A stretch of DNA of 57,732 nt from a virus (taxonomy: Duplodnaviria > Caudoviricetes): positions 1-57,732 of the IMG/VR virus record IMGVR_UViG_3300049793_000038, one strand, 5' to 3'. Made by a program: the position numbers and the translations under genes. The notes beneath the pieces were generated by a model. That model was not told the DNA's origin, did no database searches, and saw only the letters and a program-made list of their open reading frames with translations. Positions 1-8,342 of this stretch are shown here, in pieces. How positions within the stretch are numbered: the first letter of the stretch is position 1; each line of letters starts with the position of its first letter.

Positions 1-140
1 GTTTAATATCAATATCTATTTCTATAGTTTAATATCAATATCTATTTCTATAGTTTAATATCAATATCTATTTCTATAGTTTAATATCAATATCTATTTC
101 TATAGTTTAATATCAATATCTATTTCTATAGTTTAATATC
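1..140. repeat. 26-bp tandem repeat array (left end)
   Basis: Unit GTTTAATATCAATATCTATTTCTATA at 1, 27, 53, 79 and 105, plus a 10-bp partial copy at 131; no spacers. Confidence 0.98.
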
Positions 141-241
141 TATATTCTAAGCAGCCGGATGTTCTTTAATTCTTTTTACTAACGTATGGTCTGTTTCGGT
201 ATAATATTCATCAGGGAGGTTAAGTAGAACTTTAGAATAGC

Positions 242-353
242 TCTAGGAATGTCTAGGAAGAGGCTGTAAGGGGTAAGATTAAATTTCGGGTACATACCTA
301 GCTCTAAATGAAGAAACCTCTGTAGGGTGCCTCCTAGGCTCTTTAAACGCTAT
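242..353. repeat. Dispersed ~112-bp semi-palindromic element (copy A)
   Basis: Starts TCTAGGAATGTCTAGGAAGAGGCTGTA and ends TAAACGCTAT; start, end and length match 34495-34606. Confidence 0.55.
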
Positions 354-419
354 ATGCATAAAAGGTACTAAAATACATAAAGTTACATAAAATTAATTTA
401 AAATATATAAAGTTTCTTA

Positions 420-447
420 TTGACTTCCTGTTAGAGAAAGTTATATC
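420..447 (+). promoter_or_regulatory. sigma70-like promoter
   Basis: TTGACT-N16-TATATC upstream of the first + gene; same architecture at six other sites. Confidence 0.6.
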
Positions 448-486
448 GTCTAGTAGGACATCAGCACACAGGAAAGGAAGTTTCCA

Positions 487-753
487 ATGGACACAGACAC
501 ACAAGAGGAACTGCCCTACGAAGTACGGTTGAAATTGTATTTAAGGTTTTATGATAACCAAATACTTGAGTATGCTGAGCTGTTGAAGGAAGGGCACGAG
601 AAGTTAAGGTTAGCGAATCTTGCAGGTAGGCCCCAGAATATTATGCATTTAATGTGGACGTTTTTAAGAGTCAATGGCGGTAAGTTACGGTTTGCTCGCA
701 GAAGTAGAGATAAGGCTATTAGTATGATTAAATTAGGACTGGTTAGGGTTTAA
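487..753 (+). CDS. Hypothetical protein
   Basis: 88-aa ORF with AAGGAAG RBS, downstream of a promoter. Confidence 0.7.
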   Translation: MDTDTQEELPYEVRLKLYLRFYDNQILEYAELLKEGHEKLRLANLAGRPQNIMHLMWTFLRVNGGKLRFARRSRDKAISMIKLGLVRV

Positions 754-866
754 TGAGAAAACATATTATTACTGCATTAGAACTAATTTATATTTGGTTT
801 ATTGCAACTCTTGCATATTTTTTATTAGGATTCTTTTTAAGTGAGGTACATGGATGGCTAATTTAG
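753..866 (+). CDS. Small membrane peptide (37 aa, not in ORF track)
   Basis: MRKHIITALELIYIWFIATLAYFLLGFFLSEVHGWLI; TAATG coupling to the upstream stop; overlaps the def start. Confidence 0.55.
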   Translation: MRKHIITALELIYIWFIATLAYFLLGFFLSEVHGWLI

Positions 867-1414
867 TAGCAGCAGATCACGCTGTAGTACGACATCCTGT
901 TAGGGGTGTTGCAGAGTTTGAAACTAATTATTTAGATAGATTAGAACATAGTCTAAGAGAAGTTATGAAAGAGAACAAAGGGGTTGGCATTGCAGCACCC
1001 CAGATAGGTGTACCCTTGTCGGCTGCCATAATTAGGATTAATGGAATAGAAATATTCGTAACTAACTTGCAGGTTGTAGAATCATTTAATTGGAGGATAA
1101 ATCATGAAGGTTGTCTGTCGCTTCCAGGGGAATCCCATTTGGTTCCTCGCCCAGCCAAGATTCGTATCACGTATCAGGATAAGTCTGGTCTATTCCAGGA
1201 TGTTCTAGTTTGTGATCCGGATGAAGCAGCGATTATTCATCACGAGTATTGTCATTTGCAGGGGGTGCTTATAGACGATGCTACAGAGTCTTTAGATCCG
1301 TTATATAACTATAAAGTTAACCGGTTCAACCGCTCGTTTGAACAAATTAAAATCCAATCAGAGATAGCTTCATCGTTGTCTATTGCCAAACATTCTTATA
1401 GAAAACATAAATAA
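854..1414 (+). CDS. def: Peptide deformylase
   Basis: All three PDF motifs present: GVGIAAPQIG, EGCLS, HEYCHLQG. Confidence 0.95.
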   Translation: MANLVAADHAVVRHPVRGVAEFETNYLDRLEHSLREVMKENKGVGIAAPQIGVPLSAAIIRINGIEIFVTNLQVVESFNWRINHEGCLSLPGESHLVPRPAKIRITYQDKSGLFQDVLVCDPDEAAIIHHEYCHLQGVLIDDATESLDPLYNYKVNRFNRSFEQIKIQSEIASSLSIAKHSYRKHK

Positions 1415-1429
1415 TTAATTATAACCCCC

Positions 1430-1457
1430 TTGACTCGGGTTAGGGAAGAACTATCTT
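1430..1457 (+). promoter_or_regulatory. sigma70-like promoter followed by a hairpin
   Basis: TTGACT-N16-TATCTT, then TTGTAGGGGG...CCCCCTTACAA. Confidence 0.45.
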
Positions 1458-1548
1458 ATATATTGTAGGGGGCTCAAACACCACCCCCTTACAAATCCTT
1501 CATATTATACAGCAAAGAAACTTATTTAAAAATATTATTAAAAACCTA

Positions 1549-1578
1549 TTGACTTTATACCGTAATGGTATATATTAT
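1549..1578 (+). promoter_or_regulatory. sigma70-like promoter
   Basis: TTGACT-N16-TATATTAT with an AT-rich upstream tract. Confidence 0.65.
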
Positions 1579-1610
1579 ATATTAGGTAGTGATGCAGTGG
1601 GGAGATTACC

Positions 1611-1922
1611 ATGGCTAAACAAAATGATGTGGTTGAGGGGACAGTTTGTAATTACTTGACTGTACTTAATCCAAAAGCAGCTAAGCGTAATGGAACTTGG
1701 CACGCGGAAGTTCAATGTGTTTGTGGGACCAAAAAGCTTGTACGACTTTGGAATATTCAGCATGGCGAATCAAAGTCATGTGGTTGTATGAAGGCTAAGC
1801 ATAGTTGCCCGTCATTCTATACAGGTAGGTCTATGTATGACCCAAATCAGGTTCCGGTTAGTAAGTTGGAAAAGGCATTAGCAGCTTTAAGAGAAATGCA
1901 TAATGCGAGAATTGTTGGCTAA
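1611..1922 (+). CDS. Cys-rich protein matching the N-terminal domain of the HNH endonucleases (no nuclease domain)
   Basis: CVCG...GESKSCGC matches CECG...GKTRSCGC (13167) and CVCG...GTTVSCGC (56392); lacks the DRxD..N HNH core. Confidence 0.65.
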   Translation: MAKQNDVVEGTVCNYLTVLNPKAAKRNGTWHAEVQCVCGTKKLVRLWNIQHGESKSCGCMKAKHSCPSFYTGRSMYDPNQVPVSKLEKALAALREMHNARIVG

Positions 1923-1944
1923 GATTTAAATATTCTATTTGTTT

Positions 1945-1970
1945 AGGGCTTAATAGTGAGCTCTATTTTT
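1945..1970 (+). terminator. Possible intrinsic terminator
   Basis: AGGGCTT-loop-GAGCTCT followed by ATTTTT. Confidence 0.35.
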
Positions 1971-1996
1971 ATACCCATTTCATAGGAGCCAACCAA

Positions 1997-2614
1997 ATGA
2001 ACAAATATTTTGATTCACCAGTCATTCTTGTTAATTCTGCATTCAGTGAAGACCTAACCGCTGGTTTCTTGGCTAAGATGAGTGAGCTTGAAGAAGAGAA
2101 GGAGGAGAAGGTTACGATAATAATTAATTCTCCTGGAGGTCAGATAGATGCATTAAAGACCTTGATTGATGCCATACAGTGTTCCCCTTTGCATGTTACG
2201 ACGGTTGCTTCAGGCTTAGCAGCCTCCTGCGGTCTGTTGTTGTTAATGGCTGGAGATCACCGTGCTTCATTTAGGTCAGCAAATCTTATGAGCCATATGT
2301 ATTCATCTGGGTCACGAGGGAAGTATCATGAATTGAAGGCTAGTCGGATCATCCAAGATGATACACATAGGTTCATGATAGAACATTATAAGTTGTACAC
2401 TGGACTGTCAGAAGCAGTAATTCTAAAAGACTTACTAAAAGAGGATGATGTCTGGCTAACCCCCAGCCAAGCATTGGAGTACGGACTTATTGACGAAATT
2501 ATCATACCAGACCACAAACCTATCGGACAGAAAGCTAGAAAGAAATGTGAGGCCGACCATGCAAAAGCGAAGGTCACTTGGGCTAAGCAAGTTATAGACG
2601 AAAGTATTAAGTAA
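1997..2614 (+). CDS. clpP: ClpP-family protease subunit
   Basis: IINSPGG, LAASCG (Ser), LMSH (His), EDDVWLTPSQALEYGLID (Asp region). Confidence 0.92.
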   Translation: MNKYFDSPVILVNSAFSEDLTAGFLAKMSELEEEKEEKVTIIINSPGGQIDALKTLIDAIQCSPLHVTTVASGLAASCGLLLLMAGDHRASFRSANLMSHMYSSGSRGKYHELKASRIIQDDTHRFMIEHYKLYTGLSEAVILKDLLKEDDVWLTPSQALEYGLIDEIIIPDHKPIGQKARKKCEADHAKAKVTWAKQVIDESIK

Positions 2615-2638
2615 ACTTTATATTAGGAGAACAGCATA

Positions 2639-3436
2639 TTGTCAGTAAATTTAAACATCGGAGTATTCTCAACAACAGCAGCCGCTTTATTATTAACAGT
2701 AGCATTACCATTAACCCCAATGGTGTCACAGTTCGCTAGTTCGGGTGTAACTAACCCGTCGGAGAATATAATACGCTTCGACAGCGCTTTCACTGGAGAG
2801 AGTACAGGCACTGCTAGAAGCATGATTAAGAAGTTTAATGTGGAGAAGGGCCCGCATGAGCGTATTCTTTTAGAGCTGTCGTCTCCTGGGGGGGAAGTAT
2901 TCTCCGGTAAGGATTTGCAAGCAACCATGAAATCTAGTTTACCTATTGATACTTACGTAACTTCACTTGCAGCGTCTATGGGAGCTGATACGTTTATGCT
3001 TGGTGAAAGACGATATGTAGACGAGGATGCTATGGTAGTGTTTCATGGGGGACACAGTGGGGATACATTAACTACTGAGCCAGTTTTAGAACGCCTTGTG
3101 AAGCATCTAGAAAATCCGGAGTCAACTGATGATAATTCGGATATAGCCCCTGCTATTTCTATGATAGATGCTAAGGTTGCGCAGCAAGGTTCGTATATTA
3201 CTCTGCATGACGTTCGTTCTACTTTGGATATGCTTAAGGCTATAAACCATGGGATGGTAACGCGCATTGCAGAACTTCTGCATAAGACTGATAGCACATG
3301 GACTAAAGAGCGTGTTCAAACTGAGCTGTTTGGTGACTTTAAAAGAGACATGATATTTACTGGTAAGCAGTTAGTTGAGATGGGTGTTGCTACAAATCTC
3401 AATGCACCAAATGAAGAAGATTACAAATCATACTAA
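2639..3436 (+). CDS. Second ClpP/crotonase-family serine protease with an N-terminal hydrophobic signal or anchor
   Basis: LSSPGG, LAASMG, VVFHGG, KRDMIFTGKQLVEMG; N-terminal TAAALLLTVALPL. Confidence 0.8.
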   Translation: MSVNLNIGVFSTTAAALLLTVALPLTPMVSQFASSGVTNPSENIIRFDSAFTGESTGTARSMIKKFNVEKGPHERILLELSSPGGEVFSGKDLQATMKSSLPIDTYVTSLAASMGADTFMLGERRYVDEDAMVVFHGGHSGDTLTTEPVLERLVKHLENPESTDDNSDIAPAISMIDAKVAQQGSYITLHDVRSTLDMLKAINHGMVTRIAELLHKTDSTWTKERVQTELFGDFKRDMIFTGKQLVEMGVATNLNAPNEEDYKSY

Positions 3437-3452
3437 ATAGAGAGATACTTTA

Positions 3453-3860
3453 ATGCGACGTTCAAGAAGCGCTACTTACAGGTCGGGTTTTGAAGATAAG
3501 GTTATTCTAGACCTTCAAACCCGATCAGTATCATTTCAGTATGAAACATTGAAATTAGCGTATATAGTTCCCGAGAGGGATGCTAAATATACACCAGATA
3601 TTATACTACCGAACGGTATCATCATAGAACTTAAGGGTAGATTCTTTACTGAGGATCAACAGAAGATGGTGTTGGTCATGTCACAACATCCTGAACTCGA
3701 TATCCGTATGGTGTTTATGAGATTGAAGGATAAAATATATCCTGGTTCTAAGACCACCTATGCTATGTGGTGTGGTAAGCGTGGTATAAAATATGCTGAG
3801 AAAACTATTCCTCAGGAATGGATAGATGAACCGGTTAAAGGAGTAGTGGATGGCAGTTGA
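3453..3860 (+). CDS. T7 endonuclease I-like Holliday junction resolvase
   Basis: YRSGFEDKV, YTPDIILPNGIIIELKGRF, HPELDIRMVF, SKTTYAMWC. Confidence 0.92.
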   Translation: MRRSRSATYRSGFEDKVILDLQTRSVSFQYETLKLAYIVPERDAKYTPDIILPNGIIIELKGRFFTEDQQKMVLVMSQHPELDIRMVFMRLKDKIYPGSKTTYAMWCGKRGIKYAEKTIPQEWIDEPVKGVVDGS

Positions 3861-4590
3861 GTTTAAGACATTTGAAAAAGGTGATCCGGCTTGGTTGGAG
3901 CTTAGATCAAAGTTTATTACCGCTACGGAAGTAGCAAGCTTGTTTGCATTGAACAGCTACTCCTCACCAACAAAGATGTATGAAGAGAAGATTTGCTCAA
4001 CCTTCCAAGACAATGAATACACCCGAATGGGGCGCATGATGGAGCCAGCAGTGTTTAACTTTGCAGCTGAGATCATAGGTAGGTCAGTGCACCCCTTTGC
4101 TAGTAATGGCAACACAGTTTATTTCGACAATGAGACGCATGTTTCAGCGACTCCAGATGCTTATGTATCTAGTGGTATGTTTAACAGTCCAGATGCTATT
4201 GCTTTACTAGAGGCCAAGGCCACAAGTAGAAAGAGTGCAACTAAGTGGGTAACAGAACCCCCACTTCATTACCTAATGCAGCTAGCCACTCAGAGCTATC
4301 TAGTGGGTATGGATATTGGATATCTAGCTATACTAGTTCCAGAGTATCCGCTTATGCCAGGACTGATATTTAAGACAACTTATATGCCTGAGATAGGTGT
4401 GCTAATCGAAGAAGAAGTTGCAAGGTTTAGGAAACATTTCTTTTGGGATCTGCCTAAAGATAAACCCGTCAAAAGTTATAGATGTGATACCGCGAAATGT
4501 AAGTTGATGAGACAATTATTAATTAAGAATTTAACAATAGTGCATGACGACTTCACAGTAGAAGAGGTAATGCTAGATCCATGGGATTGA
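3850..4590 (+). CDS. YqaJ/lambda-exonuclease family nuclease
   Basis: WLELRSKFITATE, GRMMEP, SATPD, LLEAK, YLMQLATQ. Confidence 0.88.
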   Translation: MAVEFKTFEKGDPAWLELRSKFITATEVASLFALNSYSSPTKMYEEKICSTFQDNEYTRMGRMMEPAVFNFAAEIIGRSVHPFASNGNTVYFDNETHVSATPDAYVSSGMFNSPDAIALLEAKATSRKSATKWVTEPPLHYLMQLATQSYLVGMDIGYLAILVPEYPLMPGLIFKTTYMPEIGVLIEEEVARFRKHFFWDLPKDKPVKSYRCDTAKCKLMRQLLIKNLTIVHDDFTVEEVMLDPWD

Positions 4591-4594
4591 TTAT

Positions 4595-5032
4595 ATGTAT
4601 ACAAGAGAACAAATAATACAAGATTACATTAATATGTTAGGCACTAATTGGAAGAAGTACGGTGTAGAGATAGTGGTAGCAGCCGATAGATTTGTTAAGT
4701 ATGCAACTATTGAGCCTACAGATAAGAAGTACAAGTCTTACCTACGCACTATATTGTATAGGTTGGTATCAGATAGTGAAAAGAATAGTATAAAATTCTT
4801 ACAGCTGTTTCCAGATTATGATGTACCTATAAAGCTTTCTAGTTTATGTTACTTACTTAAAGCAGACATTGAAAGAGATCTAGGTGAATGTTACTACCAA
4901 GTTGCCTTAGACAAGTTTGGATCAGGCTTTTCTGTTAAAGAGATTGCTGATCGTAGAGAATTAACTACACAGCAGGTTAAGTGGCGGTTAGAAAAGATTA
5001 GAGCATACACAAATAAATGGATAGAGGAGTAA
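4595..5032 (+). CDS. Putative sigma-factor-like / region-4 HTH transcription regulator
   Basis: C-terminal GFSVKEIADRRELTTQQVKWRLEKIR resembles the sigma70 region 4 HTH. Confidence 0.55.
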   Translation: MYTREQIIQDYINMLGTNWKKYGVEIVVAADRFVKYATIEPTDKKYKSYLRTILYRLVSDSEKNSIKFLQLFPDYDVPIKLSSLCYLLKADIERDLGECYYQVALDKFGSGFSVKEIADRRELTTQQVKWRLEKIRAYTNKWIEE

Positions 5033-5036
5033 ATGA

Positions 5037-5228
5037 ATGCTAGATACAAAGACAATCAACATAAGTAAAATGAACAGCTTAAGGGCCGCATTGGATGCAG
5101 CTATCCATAATAGTGGAGGTAAACCAGTTGTGTTGAAAGACGTAGTTGAAGACGCTGAGAAGCTTGTTTCATGGCTGTTAAACCCTGAACTTAAGTACGT
5201 GAAGACCCCCGTAAAGGAGACTAAGTAA
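5037..5228 (+). CDS. Hypothetical protein
   Basis: GAGGAG RBS; tight operon packing. Confidence 0.65.
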   Translation: MLDTKTINISKMNSLRAALDAAIHNSGGKPVVLKDVVEDAEKLVSWLLNPELKYVKTPVKETK

Positions 5229-5594
5229 ATGATGAACAAGAATGTGCTAACGGGGTCCATTGTAGTTAGTGAAGATGACATAGAGGTTGTACCGTTTACA
5301 AAAGCACAGATAAAAGAGATGCACGAGTGGCAAGAATCTCCCTGTGATAGGCCCCTTCTATTAGACGAAGATGTGTGGAATGTACTGGATGGCCTGTCAG
5401 ATGAGCCCAACTTGAATCTAAGTAAGTTATCTGATCTCGTTATTAGAGAACGTCTAACGGAGAGGTTTCCAGGCTATAGTATTCTAACAGTACGAAATGA
5501 TAGTATGTTTGGTGGTTCCATTGGATGCTGTTCATTCTACACATGTTCCCTGGAGAAGTATAAGTCGATAAAGGAGTCAAATAATGCTGGATAA
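5229..5594 (+). CDS. Hypothetical protein
   Basis: AAGGAG RBS; abuts both neighbours. Confidence 0.65.
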   Translation: MMNKNVLTGSIVVSEDDIEVVPFTKAQIKEMHEWQESPCDRPLLLDEDVWNVLDGLSDEPNLNLSKLSDLVIRERLTERFPGYSILTVRNDSMFGGSIGCCSFYTCSLEKYKSIKESNNAG

Positions 5595-5997
5595 GTTTTG
5601 GAGAACTAGATACGACGAGGCAAAGCGTATTAGTCGGATGTTAACAATGGTGTCCTCTTATACAGATACTACGAAAGATTTATTACCGCTAATTGGATTT
5701 CTAACTACCTTTAGAGCATATGCAGATAGATATTCTATTCTGCTAACATACGAACCAGAAGACAATGAAGAGTATCTAGGGCATTTCATTAAAATGTACT
5801 ACCCTGATGGGGATAAAGGACCGTCTGTTGTTGTGAATAGGAGTCACTCAGAGTATGTCTTAAAGCTTATTGAGTCTATTATTGATAGAGATGAGGATTT
5901 TGTAGAGAGCATATTGGATGATATGGAAATAGATGAGGATCCTGAAGAAGATCCTTTTGCGGATGCGTTTAAAGAATTAATTATTACAGGAGAGTAG
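5584..5997 (+). CDS. Hypothetical protein with an acidic C-terminus
   Basis: AAGGAG RBS; D/E-rich tail. Confidence 0.7.
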   Translation: MLDKFWRTRYDEAKRISRMLTMVSSYTDTTKDLLPLIGFLTTFRAYADRYSILLTYEPEDNEEYLGHFIKMYYPDGDKGPSVVVNRSHSEYVLKLIESIIDRDEDFVESILDDMEIDEDPEEDPFADAFKELIITGE

Positions 5998-6000
5998 TAT

Positions 6001-6456
6001 ATGACAGCACTAGTATCACCAGTTGGTAAGGTTACGTTTACTCAGTTAGAAGAACCGAGATCTTTTAAGGATGATCCTGAAACACCTAAGAAGTATTCTA
6101 TAAGTGTTGAGTTTGAGGGAGAAGCTGCTAAGTCTTTTAGATCGCAGTTAATTGATCTGGGTAAACCATGCAAGTTAGTTGATGGAAAACTTAAAATCAC
6201 CTTTTCTCGACACGAGAGGTTAGATAAACCTAGGTTAGTAGATAATAATAAAGAAGTTATTACAGATAGACCACCTTTCTTACCCAAAGGTACTGAGGTT
6301 AAGGTTCAGTTTATTGCTAAGGAATTTCCTATGTGTGTAGCGCTCATGTTAGAAGCTGTTATGATTGTGGGTGAACTAGCCCCTTCATCTTCGAGTTCGA
6401 AAGAGATAGAGGTTACCAACCCCATAGATCCTGAGTTTCTTGCTGCATTTAGTTAA
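6001..6456 (+). CDS. Single-stranded DNA-binding protein (T7 gp2.5-like)
   Basis: SPVGKVTFTQLEEP, KKYSI, PRLVD, GTEVKV; acidic/aromatic tail; immediately upstream of Pol A. Confidence 0.7.
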   Translation: MTALVSPVGKVTFTQLEEPRSFKDDPETPKKYSISVEFEGEAAKSFRSQLIDLGKPCKLVDGKLKITFSRHERLDKPRLVDNNKEVITDRPPFLPKGTEVKVQFIAKEFPMCVALMLEAVMIVGELAPSSSSSKEIEVTNPIDPEFLAAFS

Positions 6457-6476
6457 TTAGAGAGGTTTATGAGAAT

Positions 6477-8318
6477 ATGAAATTACTTTACTTGGACGCA
6501 GAAACAAGAGACCACGGTATTGACTCTGGTCTTGGGGCGGGATGGCCATACAAAGACAAGCTTAAAGTAATTGGGTTCTCATTTGCAACTAACGACACCG
6601 CCGCTGAGTGGAGACAAGGCACTAAGAACCTTGTCACACTTGTTTCTCAATGTGATGCTATTGTGTGTCACAATGCTTCATATGATATTGGTATACTTCA
6701 CATGTTAGGCATTGAGTACCAGGATAAGTTGATATATGATACATTACTTATGGCTAAGCTTAACGATAACCGATTAATGAAGTATAATCTAAACTCATTA
6801 GCTGAGAGATACTTTGGTGAGAGTAAGTTAGAAGAAGACTTCATTCCCATTGCTTGGGAGTTGGGGTTAGTTAAAAGTAAATCACAGAATGCAGTTAAGT
6901 ATGCTAAGGGTAATTTAGATAAGGTGTACGCAAAATATCCTGGTGTTGTAGCAGCTTATGCTAATCAGGACGTAGACCTTACTAAGAAGTTATTCCTACA
7001 CCTATTACCAAAGATTGAAGACCAAGACTTTACATTCTATAGTGATCTTATTAAAGCAGTTATACAGACACGAGCTAAAGGTGTTAGAGTTGATATTGCT
7101 AGAATATTTGAATCTAGAGAGATCATAGAGAAAGACCTATTTAAGGTTAATCAAACGCTGAGTTCTTATTTACAAGGCCGCAACCCAAATTCAACACAGC
7201 AACTTGCACAGATATGTGATGAGTTGAACATAACGTATCCACAGACTGCTCTTGGTAATCCTTCAATCACAGCTAAGTGGATTGAACAACAAGATGGAGA
7301 GTTCTTCTCTACACTAAATCAATATAAGAAACTAAACAAACTAATAACTGATTTCATTGATAAGACTGTTGCACTAATTGCCACAGTTGAAAATATAACT
7401 ATTGAAGAAGTTAAGAATCTCAAGTATAGTAGAATACACCCTGAGATAAACATAATGGGAGCTGCTGCAACTGGTAGATTTAGTGGGTCAAACCCCAATA
7501 TCCAACAGGTGCCTAAGCGTGATGAGTATAGTAAACCATTGATTAGAAGTATGTTTGTACCGGAAGACGGTGAGAGTTGGTATTGTGCGGACTTCAGTGC
7601 ACAGGAGCCTAGGCTTCAAGTCCACTATGCTGCACGTATAAACTCGCCAGCTGGTATTAAGATGGCTAAAGATTGGTCTGACAACCCTAATTACGACATG
7701 CATAACGCTGTGGCCATCATGGTTGGAATAGACCGCAAGGCTGCAAAGACTATAAACCTAGGCCTGAGCTACGGTATGGGGGTTGGAAAACTTTCTAAGA
7801 GCCTTGATGTTTCATTAGACTCCGCGAGAGAATTAGTTAAACAGTATCATAAAGGTGCTCCCTATTTAAAAGATTTAGTAAGTGCTGCAAAGAGCAATAT
7901 TGTACACACAGGTTACATAAAAACCATTCTTAACCGTAAGCTTTACAAAGATGATACAGTTTGGGATGATGACGGTCGTGAGAACGATTTCTCGTATAAA
8001 GCCATAAACAAATTAATACAAGGAAGCGCCGCCGATCAGACGATGGCTGCTATGGTTCTTTGTTATAGATATGGCATTGTTATATCGTTTCCAGTTCATG
8101 ACGAATTATGTATTAGCTCCAGTTCCAATCTTGAGATTACTGAGCTTAAGTATATTATGGAGAATGCTATACGATTAAAAGTTCCTAATAAGTCAGAAGT
8201 AACTGTTGGAAATAACTTTGCGGACCAAACTGATTGTAAATTATTATTGAATGAATTTGAGCAACTAGCATTAGTTAAATTTACTGAATCATTTACACCT
8301 TTAATTGATCAGTCCTAA
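6477..8318 (+). CDS. polA: DNA polymerase family A with 3'-5' exonuclease
   Basis: Exo motifs LDAET, HNASYD, YANQD; TGRFSGSNPNIQQVP; motif A DFSAQEPR; motif B RKAAKTINLGLSYG; motif C VHDE. Confidence 0.96.
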   Translation: MKLLYLDAETRDHGIDSGLGAGWPYKDKLKVIGFSFATNDTAAEWRQGTKNLVTLVSQCDAIVCHNASYDIGILHMLGIEYQDKLIYDTLLMAKLNDNRLMKYNLNSLAERYFGESKLEEDFIPIAWELGLVKSKSQNAVKYAKGNLDKVYAKYPGVVAAYANQDVDLTKKLFLHLLPKIEDQDFTFYSDLIKAVIQTRAKGVRVDIARIFESREIIEKDLFKVNQTLSSYLQGRNPNSTQQLAQICDELNITYPQTALGNPSITAKWIEQQDGEFFSTLNQYKKLNKLITDFIDKTVALIATVENITIEEVKNLKYSRIHPEINIMGAAATGRFSGSNPNIQQVPKRDEYSKPLIRSMFVPEDGESWYCADFSAQEPRLQVHYAARINSPAGIKMAKDWSDNPNYDMHNAVAIMVGIDRKAAKTINLGLSYGMGVGKLSKSLDVSLDSARELVKQYHKGAPYLKDLVSAAKSNIVHTGYIKTILNRKLYKDDTVWDDDGRENDFSYKAINKLIQGSAADQTMAAMVLCYRYGIVISFPVHDELCISSSSNLEITELKYIMENAIRLKVPNKSEVTVGNNFADQTDCKLLLNEFEQLALVKFTESFTPLIDQS

Positions 8319-8342
8319 ATGACAGCGGGAGGTGCACCATTC

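Noticed and set aside
1-140. Terminal repeats as a CRISPR array or telomere/inverted terminal repeat
   Set aside because: Units are head-to-tail with no spacers and no cas genes; both ends have the same orientation, consistent with a break inside one array
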